Source: Callorhinchus milii (Eukaryota). From it: 64,000 bases of DNA. Of this stretch, positions 12,511 to 23,860 are shown piece by piece; position 1 is the first letter of the stretch; every line of letters starts with the position of its first letter. Position numbers and translations under genes: made by a program. The stretch is taken from positions 27,096,001-27,160,000 of the forward strand of contig NW_024704743.1 of the NCBI RefSeq assembly GCF_018977255.1. Reading direction: 5' to 3'. The notes under the pieces were generated by a model, which saw only the letters and a program-made list of their open reading frames with translations, did not search any database and was not told the DNA's origin.

Positions 12511-12939
12511 AGTCTTAGTCTGAAGAGCATTGTTTTAAAATGTCGGATTGTCGAAGTTCTTTAAAAAAATCTAAAATTTGGTCTTAATTTTGAAGTTACT
12601 TTCTGCAGTCCTTAAAAAGGAGTTATCACTGATGATAATTTGCTTGCACAGCACTCAGCACCTCTAGTTTGAAGAAGAAAATTTGCTGAACAAGGTGGAA
12701 CATATCAATGTCAGATCCTGTGTCAGTGTGTGCTGGAATTAATTCACAATTGTATAGTGGAATTATAACCGCCTTATGTCTATGTTACTTGTGAATTATT
12801 CCCCTTTCACGGTTGTGAATTAAAACAAGTAACACCATCACAATGCATGTGACATTCATATTATTTCAATAGCAAAAAAAAGGATTTTTAAATAAACAAG
12901 ATTTGTTATTTTTCCTCCGACTCACACTCTCTGTCATTT

Positions 12940-13100
12940 AGTTCAAAGTCCGTCTTGACACCTACTTCTTTGCCAACACTTTCAGTCATTTTCCCTCTCC
13001 CCATACCCCTCAGAATCCCACCCTATAGTTTGGATGTCCAGCCGGTGCTGTTAAATACTTTGAGACATCCTCCTGACATGAAAAAATTTACATTGCATAT
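12940..13100 (+). mobile_element. Old L2 3' fragment
   Basis: C-rich tract followed by actttgagacatcctcctgacatgaaa. Confidence 0.55.
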
Positions 13101-13899
13101 GGAGCAACACCCTATGCATTCACATTATGCATTTACTCTTGAGTCTTCTTCCGATTGTTAATGCAGATGGCCTCTACTCATGATGGGCTAAGTGTCGCAT
13201 TATATTACGACAGGTTTTGAGATAAACTGGATGGGAGGAGCAGATGCTTTCACTTTAACTCTGTTGCTAAGCTTACAATGCCAGGAGCAAAGCCTTGTCA
13301 CTGCTGGCAGCATTACAATGTGGAGCAGGAAGTCTGACTCTTACTTCCCACTCTGCATGAAGTGTATGTTGGATTTTTTGTTGGTATCCACACAAAAAAA
13401 CAGACTTTCAAGGAGCATACGACCAAGCCTGAGCAATCCACAACCTCCACGTTTATATTGCCTGGGTATGCATCTCACTGTGTATGAAAACACCCCCTTC
13501 TGAAAAAGGTCTAATTTGTGCTGCCTTGTTTAAAATGTGACTGAATTTGATGGTGAATTGCTGCCAAAATTTCTCACTGATTCTCCATCAAATGTGCAGG
13601 ATGAATGCAGCTCTACTGAGCTGCGTTTCTGTCAGCAGTGCCATCAATAGGTTCTCACTAAGACATCTCCATCTACAGAACATGACAGCTTTTTGAATTG
13701 ATCTCACTTTACAAAATGCATTACACATTGTAAATGTAACACCTTTGTAGTGTGGGCTTCTGATGGGAAACATCACCCTCTAACTCACACCACCAAGGTT
13801 GATCAATTTACCAATCAGTGTAAATCAAGATATGTTCTGCTGTCAAAAAAGTCAACAGACCTACCTCGATTGGAAAATTGAGCCCATTATAATGGTAAT

Positions 13900-14313
13900 C
13901 CTAATAATCCTTGCATTTGATGTAATACCTTTTATGTCCAGAGGAAACTCAGAGTATATTTTGTAGGCGAATGCAGCAGCCCAATTGAATGCAACAATGT
14001 TCCACAAACAGCCATGAGGTGAAGGACTAATTTTATTTGGCGTACTATTGGCCAGGATAGGGAGAAATTCCTTTTTCTTTCTGAGTAGTGCTTTGGGATC
14101 TTTAACTTCCCTCTGAATTGGCCGAAGGGACCTCAGTTATCCAGATGGACCTCATCTTATCCAAAGGATGGCATCTATGACTGCGCAGCACATTCCTAGC
14201 ACTGCATTAGCATGTCAGTCTGGATAATAATATGAGTTCACATCCTAACGTGGGGTCTGAACCTGCAACCTTCTGAATCAGGCATGAGAGTGCTACCAAC
14301 TGAGCCTGGCTGC
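13900..14313 (-). mobile_element. DeuSINE (SacSINE1-like)
   Basis: Tail, Deu domain and head gagagtgctaccaactgagcctggctg. Confidence 0.85.
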
Positions 14314-14580
14314 CACAATATAATTTATGTGTTACTGAAAATACATTACAATACAAAATTACATATTTGATTCTCCTGGGTAAGTGGAACTTTGGCAGTT
14401 TCTGATTGTGTGAGCAAACGATACGAAGGATAGCTGCTGATATTGTGACTTTCAGTTTAACTGTCTCTCTGTTAATATTAATTCAGCTCTCTGACCACAC
14501 TGAGTAATCACTTTAAACAGTATCCTATCCAACAATGACGCCATCAGAGCTTAGATTTGAAAGAAAATGATTTAAAAGTA

Positions 14581-16190
14581 CAACAACAAATTACATTTGT
14601 TTGGCGCCTTTCGCATTGTGAGGACGTGCCAAGGTGCTGGACAGTCAGGGATTTGGACACGAGCAGGGGATTAATAATAATAATAATAATTATAATAATT
14701 GATTGGGATCAAGAGTGGTCGATTGCAGGGAGGATAGGGGTAGAAGGGTGGCTGGAGGTGTGGTTGAACAGGGGATCTTGGGTCGTGCCTAGAAGAGACA
14801 AGGGAGGGAGCAAGTCAAAGTGACAGTGGGGTGGAGTTCCAAAGGGTGTGGACAGAAAGACTGAAGGACCGACAGTCAATGGTGGGGTCGGCCGGATGAG
14901 GGACGTGGAGCAGGCCGGAGCCTGCTGAACGGAAGGGGTGGACAGGTTGATATGCAGTTAGCAGGTCACAGAGGTAGGAAGGAGCAAAGCCGTCTACAGT
15001 AAGTCTTGTGAAGTATTTTGAGACTTGTTATTGACATAATGAGGTGCAATATCAAGTGCAGCTGGCTGATGTTGCGGAGATGGGGAAAGCAGAGTGGGTC
15101 AAGGCAAGATCTGAGGTAGAAAGGACAATTCAGGATCAAACAAGATGCCACGGTTCCAGACTTGCTCAGTGAGCTGGAGTGTGCATTCATGGATGGTGAT
15201 GCTGCCAGTGCCTGAGATGAGGAGGCGCTTATAGGAGCCAATCAGGAGGGCCTCGGTCTTGTTGGTGTTCAACTGGAGAAAGTTAGTACTTGATGTGCAT
15301 GGCTTGATGTCTGACAGATATTCTGTCAGGATAGCATTGGTCCTGGAGTCGAGGGTGGAGTCAGAGAGAAAGAGTTGGGTGTCATCTGCATACATGTAGA
15401 AGTTGACCCCATGTCTGCGGATGATGTCACCAAGAGGGAGCATGTACATGTTGAAGAGGCGAGGACCAAGCACAGAGCCCTGAGGGATGCTACACGAGAT
15501 GGTGCGAGGGCTGGAGGAGAAGACATTTGTGGAAACAAAGTGTAAATGGTGTGAGAGGTAGGATCTGAACCAGACAAGGACAGAACCATGGAAGTTGAGG
15601 TGAGAGGAGAGGCAGTGGATGAGGATAGAGTGATTATCGGTATCAAAGGCAGAAGATTGCTCAAGGAGGATGAAGGGGCAGCGGGAACCATTGTCACAGG
15701 TGGGCAAAATGTCATTTGTCACTTTGATCAATGCCCAGCACAGAAACCCGATTGGAGGGGTTCATGTAGGGAGTGGTGGGAGAGGGAGGAGCGAAGCTGG
15801 GAAGCAATGATGCATTCCAGGACCTTGGAAAGGAAAAGGAGGTTGAAGATGGGGTGATAATTGAAGAATATGTATGGGTCCAGGGACGGTTTTTTGAGGA
15901 TGAAGGGAATGAGAGGGTGGGAATGCTGCCAGTGGACAAGGAGCGATTGATGATGTTTGTGAGTATAGGGGCAAGAAGGTAGAGCTGGTAGGTAAGGAGA
16001 GGCGTAGGGATAGCGTTGGGTAGTGTGTTTTATATCGGCCATAATGATGGTGAGAGAGGAGGGAGAAACAAATTCAAAGGTGTGGAGGGAGAAATGGGTA
16101 GGAGCCGGAGTCTGAGGGGGTGGTGGGAAGGGGATCGCATTTGGAAGGCAGAGGCAACTGAGTGGATCCCCTTGATTGTGGCCTTGAGGA
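14581..16190 (-). mobile_element. L2 LINE with decayed RT domain
   Basis: ORF 15099-15731 has KVTNDIL, SIPQGSVLGP, YMYADDTQL and LQLNTNKTE; ORF 15728-16042 has LKKPSLDP...NYHPIFNLLFLSKVLE...QSGF; frameshifted; (CAA)n tail at 14581. Confidence 0.92.
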
Positions 16191-16495
16191 AGTCCAGCAT
16201 CTCCTCATATCCCCCGCCTCACTTGCCCCACTATTGGCAGGTGAGCGTTCTTGAACTCTGCCCCCACCCTCTGGAACTCCATCCCGCAGTCCCTCCGCCT
16301 CGCCCCCTCCCTTGCCTCCTTCAAGGCACATCTCAAGAACCTCCTCTTCGACTGTACCTTCAGCCATCCTCCTACCCTTCACGCTACCTTTCCCCAACCC
16401 CTCACCCACCGCTTGGGTCCAGATCCCTGACTGCCCGATGCCTTGGGACACCCCCCCAATGTGAAAGGTGCTATACAAATGTAATTTTGTATTGT
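16190..16495 (+). mobile_element. L2 3' end
   Basis: cctctggaactccatccc...ttcaaggcacatctcaagaacctcctcttcgac; tail gtgaaaggtgctatacaaatgtaattttg. Confidence 0.85.
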
Positions 16496-16964
16496 ATTTC
16501 AATATCCTGTTGATTCTACCATGTCTAATGAATTGAATCTAGTTCAAAATGGAGCTGTTGTGTTGAGTTCACAGGTCATTTAATTGGCTATGAGTACTGA
16601 AGTTTTTTTAGAAAACAATTGGTCACATTTTTCAGATGAATTAAATGACTTTAAAGATTCCACAAAACTATCTGAAAATCAAAGGAAGTTTGTTTTGACC
16701 ATCCATCCTCTGGATAACTTGATCATTTACCTCATGGTTGTTTGTGGTATCTTTCTGTGCACAACATGGCTGCCACATTTTACCGACAAATACACAATTA
16801 GTAACCTTGGCCGGAATTACTGTAAAACATTTTGAGACATTTCGATGCAATAAGACTCTATAAATATACTAGTTCTGTCTTCTTTTTATTTAATGGAATG
16901 ATTTTCAGTTCTTCAAAACCCAAACTCAGGGACATCATTTGAGCTGCTTCATAGGATAATGATA

Positions 16965-17208
16965 ATAATAACCTTTGCATTTGATATAGCGCTTTTCACG
17001 TCTTCTAGACGTCTCAAAGAGCTTCACAGAATATACTATAAAGTGAATTGGCTGTATATTTGTCAGTGAAATGCAGCAGGCAATTGCACACAGCAGAGTC
17101 CCACAAATAGTCGTGGATTGAGTGACCAAATTCTTCTTTTTTTTTAGGGAATATTATCCCTAGAAAAGCGATTCACCAACAACTGGGTTCCTACTTACTG
17201 CTTGGTAA
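16965..17208 (-). mobile_element. tRNA/CORE-like SINE long form, 3' part (5' part at 18479-18590)
   Basis: Tail gcgcttttcacgtcttctagacgtctc through cctacttactgcttggtaa; continues after the L2 insertion. Confidence 0.85.
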
Positions 17209-18478
17209 GTCACTAGTGATATTCTGAACATCTGGGATCAGGACTCCCTCTGTCTCCTTGTCCTCCTCGACCTCTCTGCCGCCTTCGACTCCATCTTCAT
17301 ACACCACCTCTCCACTTCACTCAATCTTCGCGGTCCTGCTGATTCGATTCCTATCTCTCTCACCGTCTCCACTTTGTTGCTTCTAACGGTTTCTCCTCCA
17401 GCCCCCGCACTGTCACGTCTGGCACCTCCCAGGGCTCTGTCCTTGGGCCTCTCCTCTTAATATCTACATGCTCTCCCTTGGTGACATCATCCGCAGACAT
17501 GGGATCAACATCCATATGTATGCCGTTGACACCCAACTCTATCTTTCTGCCTCCACCCTCAACTCCAGGACCACTGCTATCCTGACAGACTGCCTGTCAG
17601 ACATCAAGTCCTGGATGAGGGCAAACTTCCTACAGTTGAATGTGAACAAGACTGAGGCCCTCCTGATTGGCTCGTGCCAGCGCCTCTGCACCTCAGGCTC
17701 TGGCAGTATCAACCTCCATGGTTGCACACTACAACTCACCAAGCCGGTCAGGAACCTGGGTGTCTTGTTCGACCCTCAACTGTCTTTTCTTCCCCACATC
17801 CAAGCCATGACCCGTTCTGCCTTCCTTCACCACCGTAACATCGCCCGACTCCGCCATTACCTCACTCCTCAGGCCGCTGAAACTCTTGTTCATGCCTTCA
17901 TCACCTCCAGGCTCGACTATGTAAACGCCCTGCTTGTCGGCCTTCCCAACTCCTCCCTCCACAGGCTGCAGATAATCCAGAACTCTGCAGCCCGTGTCCT
18001 CTCACACACCAAACTCCGTGACCCTATCTCCCCCACTCTCAACTGACTCCATTGGCTCCCTTTCCTTTAGAGGAACCAGTTCAAGATCCTGGTCCTCACC
18101 TACAAAGCTCTCCATGGCCTCGCCCCACTCTACCTCTGCGACCGCCTAACCCCCTACCAACCCACCCATTCCCTCTGCTCAGCCGGCTCTGGCCTGCTGC
18201 ACGTCCCCCGACCCACCTGCCCCACCATTGGCGGGAAAGCCACTCTGCCCCCAACCTTCCCCCAGTCTCTCTGCCTCGCCCCGTCCTTAGCCTCCTTCAA
18301 GTCCCTTCTCAAGATCCTCCTCTTTGACCATGCCATTGACCACCCCCCTTCCCCTCCCCATCCTTCTCTCCTCTGACCCCAGCTCAGATCTGAAATGCTG
18401 TACTCTGTCCAGCGCCTTGGGACGTCTTCCCGACGTGAATGGTACTATACAAATGTAAACTTGTTGTTGTTGTTGTTG
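17209..18478 (+). mobile_element. 5'-truncated L2 LINE with RT domain, nested in a SINE
   Basis: VTSDILNIWDQDSLCLLVLLDLSAAFD from 17209; QGSVLGP; ORF 17468-18046 (YAVDTQL, ITSRLDYVNALL, LQIIQNSAAR); (TTG)n tail. Confidence 0.93.
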
Positions 18479-18590
18479 TAGGTAAACAGAGGCATGTGGA
18501 GTAAGGAAACTTGATCAACATTTCGCCTTGCCAGGAATAGGACCCAGGTCTCCCGTTTGCGTGGTGAGTGCTCTAACCAGTGAGTTACAG
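18479..18590 (-). mobile_element. tRNA/CORE-like SINE head, split off by the L2
   Basis: ggtaaacagaggcatgtggagtaaggaaactt...gagtgctctaaccagtgagttacag. Confidence 0.8.
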
Positions 18591-19344
18591 TGTATTGATT
18601 ATATTAAGCTGTATTCTGTTTTTCTGTACTCGAATGCCATTCTCACAAGATTGATTCAGAAAAAGGAGAACCTTCAAACTATTTTATCTTATAATAATCA
18701 CCAAAATATTCCACCTACTGTCCTCCCTTTACAACACAAACTGTTTCTTAAATCAAACCAGTGTCCTGACCTCAACCACTTTTCCTGTCAACCTGTTTCA
18801 GTCATCACCACCCTCTCCGGTGTCTGTTCTAAAATTGCCCTTTGCAACTCTAAACCTATGTCCTCTTGTTCTACTGTCTCGGTGCCTCCTAAAGTACTGT
18901 TCTGAATTAACTCTTCTAATCTCATTTAAAATTTTATAGCCCTCCATGAGGTATTCTGAGTCATCTACTCTCAAGACTGATTTGCAATAGCTTGTCTAAT
19001 TGTTGATCATAGCTCATTCGTCTAACAGCAAGAACAATAATTTGCATTTATATAACACCCCTCAAGCAGGATAGAGTCCCAGAATGCTTACCTGTGGATC
19101 ATCCTTGTTGCTCACCTCTGCACTGCCTGGGCAGCCCTCTTATGTCGCAGCGATGATGCAGAGCTACACGTAGATGACAAGAACATATATTCATGACCAG
19201 TGAACTTTGTGATCTATATGGAAAACTACTGAAATGTTTAATAGTGAGTCTCAAACACCAGTCAACACAGGAGTGATTGAGGGAATAGTGATGCAAAGGA
19301 CAACCTGATGACAGACATCAGGAAGTGTTTATTTTCCCACAGGA

Positions 19345-19965
19345 TAACAACAACAAATTACACTTCTATAGAGCCCTTTAACAGTGGAAAGGTGTCCCAG
19401 GGCACTGGATGATCAAGGTTATGGCCCCGAGCTGGGAGTTATGGTCAGGAGGCCTCGAGGGCAGGGAAGTGGGAAAATGGCCAAAGGAACGGTCGAAGAG
19501 AAAGGTCTTTAGGCAGGACTTGAAGGAGGCAAGAGAAGGGGTGAGGTGGAGGGATTGCGGGATAGGATTCCAGAGTATGTGTGCAGAGATGCTGAATGCC
19601 TGACTGCCAAGGGGCAGTAGGTGCAGGCCAGTGTCTACCGAGTGGAGGGAACGGACAGGCTAATATGGAGTTAAGATGTCATAGAGGTAGGAGGGAGCAA
19701 GACTATGGATGGCTTTGAAGGTGTAAATGAGGGTTTTGAACTCGATTCTCTGAGGGATAGGGAGGCAGTGATGCCGGGCAACGATGGGGCTGATCGGTTC
19801 GCAGAGCCTGGTGTGGGAGAGGACACCAGCTGCAGAGTTCTGAATAATCTGCAGCTTGTGGAGGGAAGAGTTGGGAAGTCCAGCAAGCAGGCAATCGGCT
19901 TGGTCAAGCCGGGTCATGTTAAAAGCATGGATCAGTGTCTCAGCGGCCTGTGGTAAGAGGCAGTG
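19345..19965 (-). mobile_element. 5'-truncated L2 LINE
   Basis: ORF 19660-19917 LLAGLPNSSLHKLQIIQNSAAGVLSHT...LPIPQRIEFK; (CAA)n tail. Confidence 0.9.
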
Positions 19966-20529
19966 ACATAATTAATACTGGAGCAGGTACAAGGAAGACT
20001 GGGTCAGACCAGCACACTGGCCTCATTTAAAAACATCTTGATGCTGTGATAAGAGAACGGTAGGGCAACTATTCTGTATGGTTGAACGACCTTCTTCATC
20101 TGAACCTCGTTTGCCATCTTATGAAATGTCCAAAAGACATAGAGAGGGCATTTAAGTGTAGAGACTGTGTAAGTTGCAGGCAATTATGTGGTAAAGTAGC
20201 ATTATTCACCTCCTGCAATTATGACTATTACTTTTCTGCTGAGCCAAAAGCATTCCAGCTCTTTAACTGTAATAACAGAGAGGCAAAGTAATGGATGCAA
20301 ACTGCTATGCATAATTTAAGAGTTTGAATAATAAAGTAAATTTTACATGTATCAGTGCTAAACATTTAAAACCGATTACGAATTAGTACTTTGAGAAACA
20401 CGTGCTTTGTTTTAATCATCTGAAAGGTTAACGACAGTAATGTATAACAAACATATCAACACTAGTTCACAATTACCCACAACAAAAATTACTTTAATGC
20501 CAACAATAGATTGCAATAAGGAGTCATAC

Positions 20530-20811
20530 CTTTGGGCTGCCATACAGATTTGTGCACTTTGTTGACTGCACAGATTGTGAAATTCCCAGGAAGTATCGCA
20601 GAAGTATCCGAACCTACTGAGAACAGTGAATTCCCAAGGAGCTGAGATGCTGAGGCTGTCATCAGCATTTGGGGACAGTCTCCCAAAGAAAATCTGCTTG
20701 CAAGGAAGAAGCAACACATTGATATTAGCCAACGGGGGGTTGGGAATCAGCACTTCGGTTCTCCACAGAGGGAATAGAGTCACCGCCATGAGCAATAGAG
20801 CATGAAACTGC
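20530..20811 (-). other. Candidate internal exon (282 nt, phase 2-2, open frame), product unknown
   Basis: Acceptor tttgttatttatttttcAG, donor aag|GTatga, 93 uninterrupted codons; no recognisable homology. Confidence 0.35.
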
Positions 20812-21684
20812 CTGAAAAATAAATAACAAACTTCTCAGGCAGAATGGTCAGAATATGTAACAACATTATCCACTGACCTTGTGAGATTGCTGGAGGGACT
20901 CTTGCTCCTACTTTTTCTGCATCTTTCTTTATTATTAGCATCACCTCCTTTCTGCATGTTCAGTTCCTGCTGCTCTAGGATGGATTTAATTGGTTTACGG
21001 TTCTTTGCACATTCTTTTAGTTATTGACGCTCAATATAAAATACAACGCCAAGATGCCCTTTGTTGCACCATGTTAAACCACCCACTTATATTCTGTGCG
21101 TACCATAACTAGCCCAATTTGAGAGAAACAGTACTTTATTGACTATATATAATGCTCTGGAAGCCTCTCGCAGGATCTATACTGACTGCACCAAAGGGGA
21201 AGGAGGCTGAGAGGTCTTGGCCTGTGTCACTTGCAGAACATCTGACTGAAAAACTATCCCAAAATGGCTGAATAGTCCACAAGGGCCAATTTGTGACCTA
21301 CCAGCAGCTTTCTCCCAACACATTTCATCCTATACATGCTAAGAGAAATAAAATCCTGTGCGATCCTAGATATTGGAAATCTTATGTGAGTGTGGCTTTG
21401 AATCCTGGAGCCAGTGTTTGGGTAGATATGTAGAAAAGGAACAGAAAAAAAGCCCAGAAGAACTCTTTTTTAAAAAAGAACAAATCTTGCACATATACAT
21501 AACAATAAGCTATTAGTTTTCTCTTACTCAAAGATCCATTTCAACATTTAGCTTTGCTTTATATCAAAATTGTTCAGCGTCTTGTAACATCCTCCAAACA
21601 TGAAACGCGCTACACAAATGAAATCTGTTGTTGATGTGTTGTTGTTCTTCCCTGTCCTGCTAGGCCCACACTAGAGGTATGTCC

Positions 21685-22020
21685 TGTGAGTGCTGATGGT
21701 ATAGTAGATAGAGCTGCAGCTTATTGATTAGAAACTTGCTGGTTTGAATCCCTGTCTGTGCTGAATTTGCTGAATTTGCTATCTCAGTCTGGGCTGCATG
21801 GTGAGGTCATCCGGGGATAGGAAGCGGAAGGAGCAAGGGTTCCTATTCCTGATCGCTATACTGGTATGACTTGCATTTGGCGGTCAAGTGGGGAGAAGAT
21901 AGGCTCAGCTGTGACATTATCCTAAGTCTGCTGACACTGCCAAGAGTCACAAATAAACAATGCCCACTTGGGTGGGATAGTGAAGGGCAAACCTGTGGTT
22001 GTGGAACTGACCCCAGCAAA
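21685..22020 (+). mobile_element. Ancient tRNA-derived SINE (AmnSINE2-like, recalled from memory)
   Basis: B-box-like ggtttgaatccc followed by tgtctgtgctgaatttgct..atctcag; agggttcctattcctgatcgctat; aggctcagctgtga; ccacttggg. Confidence 0.5.
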
Positions 22021-22074
22021 AGCACAGGGGACCAGGAACAATGGTACGTTAGATACTAGTGGGGAAAAAAATAG

Positions 22075-22400
22075 AATAATAATAATAATAATAATCCTTG
22101 CATTTGATATAGCGCTTTTCACGTTGGGAGGACGTCCCAAAGCGCTTCACAGAACACACTGTAAAGTGAATTGACTGTACATTTGTGGGCGAACGCGGCA
22201 GCCAATTGCGCACAGCAATGTCCCACAAACAGTCGCAGATTGAAAATGACCAATTTTATTATTGTTTTGTTTTTTTGGAGGGATTATTATTAGGCGTGTG
22301 GAGTAAGGAAACTTGCCCAAAGTTTCGCCCTCTGCCTGGTATTGAACCCAGGTCTCTCACTTGCAAAGCGAGTGCTCTAACCACTGAGCTACAGGACTCC
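22075..22400 (-). mobile_element. Young tRNA-Ala-head SINE, short form, full length
   Basis: Head ggagtcctgtagctcagtggttagagcactcgctttgcaag; L2-type tail; (TTA)n. Confidence 0.92.
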
Positions 22401-23004
22401 ATTGGATGTACCAAATTTAAAAAAGGTATGTCCAATGGTGTATAAATAATTTGTTATCCATCACTTGTTTTTATCAACTGGGGAATTATATAATAACCCT
22501 TTTTTATTTTTTTCCCCAAAAAAACTTTTATTTCCAGATTTGCTTCAGCCTAGGCACATTACAGTTTTGGGTAATATTATACATGCAGTAAATTTGTAAT
22601 TAATTGTATGTACAATTAATATATCTAAACATACTTAACTCCTAGACTGAGTAGCATGTCAGAGTCCCAACAAATGTCAGAGGGCTAACAGCAGTGTTGT
22701 TTGATGTCGAACTAGAAATGAGCAAAGGCACGTTCGAAGAGGAATGTTTCCAGGTATAATTTGCAGACAAACAAAAACGGATGCATGATGGAGAAATTGA
22801 TGCAGGGAATTCTAGATATTCGGGGCATTGTGGCTGTCAGCACAGCCACTAATGGTGGAGCAAAGGGTACAAGGGGTATGCAGAAGACTGAATTCAGCTG
22901 ATAAGTATAATGACACATTTTTATTAGATTTGTCATGTTGGGAGGGCATTTTAAAGCAGTTAATAATATTAACTGGGTACCTGAGCTCAGGAAGCGAGTT
23001 GATA

Positions 23005-23190
23005 AGTTTGGGGAGAGGAAAGATGACCAAAACCACGGACAAAGAAGTACGCTTTCAGACTTGCCTTGAATAAGGAGAGAGAGGAAGCGAGTCGAGGAAG
23101 TCTTGGATGGAGTTCCAGGGAACAGGTGCAGAACCATGGAAAGTTCACTCATCGACAGTGGAGCGGATAGGATGTGGACATGAAGCAGGC
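23005..23190 (-). mobile_element. Old L2 3' fragment
   Basis: ttcagacttgccttgaataagg...ggatggagttccaggg resembles the reverse of the L2 ORF2 end. Confidence 0.55.
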
Positions 23191-23319
23191 ATTTGCAGTT
23201 TTATTACGTTCTTTATACTTTTCTTGGTTCTCATTGTATTTGTTTGCACTGGAAGCACTAAGCACTTCTTTCTTATAATGCTTTAGATTTGATTTAATTT
23301 TATCTGGTTATTTGATCAC

Positions 23320-23860
23320 AAGATCAGATCACATGAAGAGCCCCTTCAGCCCTTTTGATTTTCCCCAAAACTCTCCCTAATTTCTTCCCATCCCAGTAAC
23401 ACGCTGTTTTAAAACATGTCCAGTGTCCTGGCAGCAACTTGTTAATCTATCCAGATACTAAGTATCCTCTGAGTACAATAAATAAATACTTCCTTGTGTC
23501 TGTCCTGAAAATCCTTTGCAATCCTAATCCTATGTCATTTTGCCCTGCTTTCTCAGTGCACCCAAAAGTATTTTTCTCGGTTTACTTTCTTAATTCCATT
23601 TAAAATCAGGTATATAAAGGGAGCTCGGGATAAAGTCCTCCCTGAGATGCCTGTTTCAAAGACTGAACAGTCTTAGTTTGTCCAATCGTTGCTCATAGAT
23701 AATTTTTTTAGTGATGGGAGTCACTCTGATTGCTCTTCTCCGCACTGTTTCTTGGACCTGGTCAGCTCCTGATTCATTAAATACAAAGGCAAGATCTTTA
23801 CATCTTTGGGGACTTTATTGTCTAACGACATTGTCATCAGCACCTGCAAGTGTTTAAAAC
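23320..23860 (-). mobile_element. Old CR1 relic (RT C-terminus and 3' end)
   Basis: Reverse strand reads approximately VRRRAIRV...EQRLDKLRLFSL; cccttcagccc tail motif. Confidence 0.6.
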
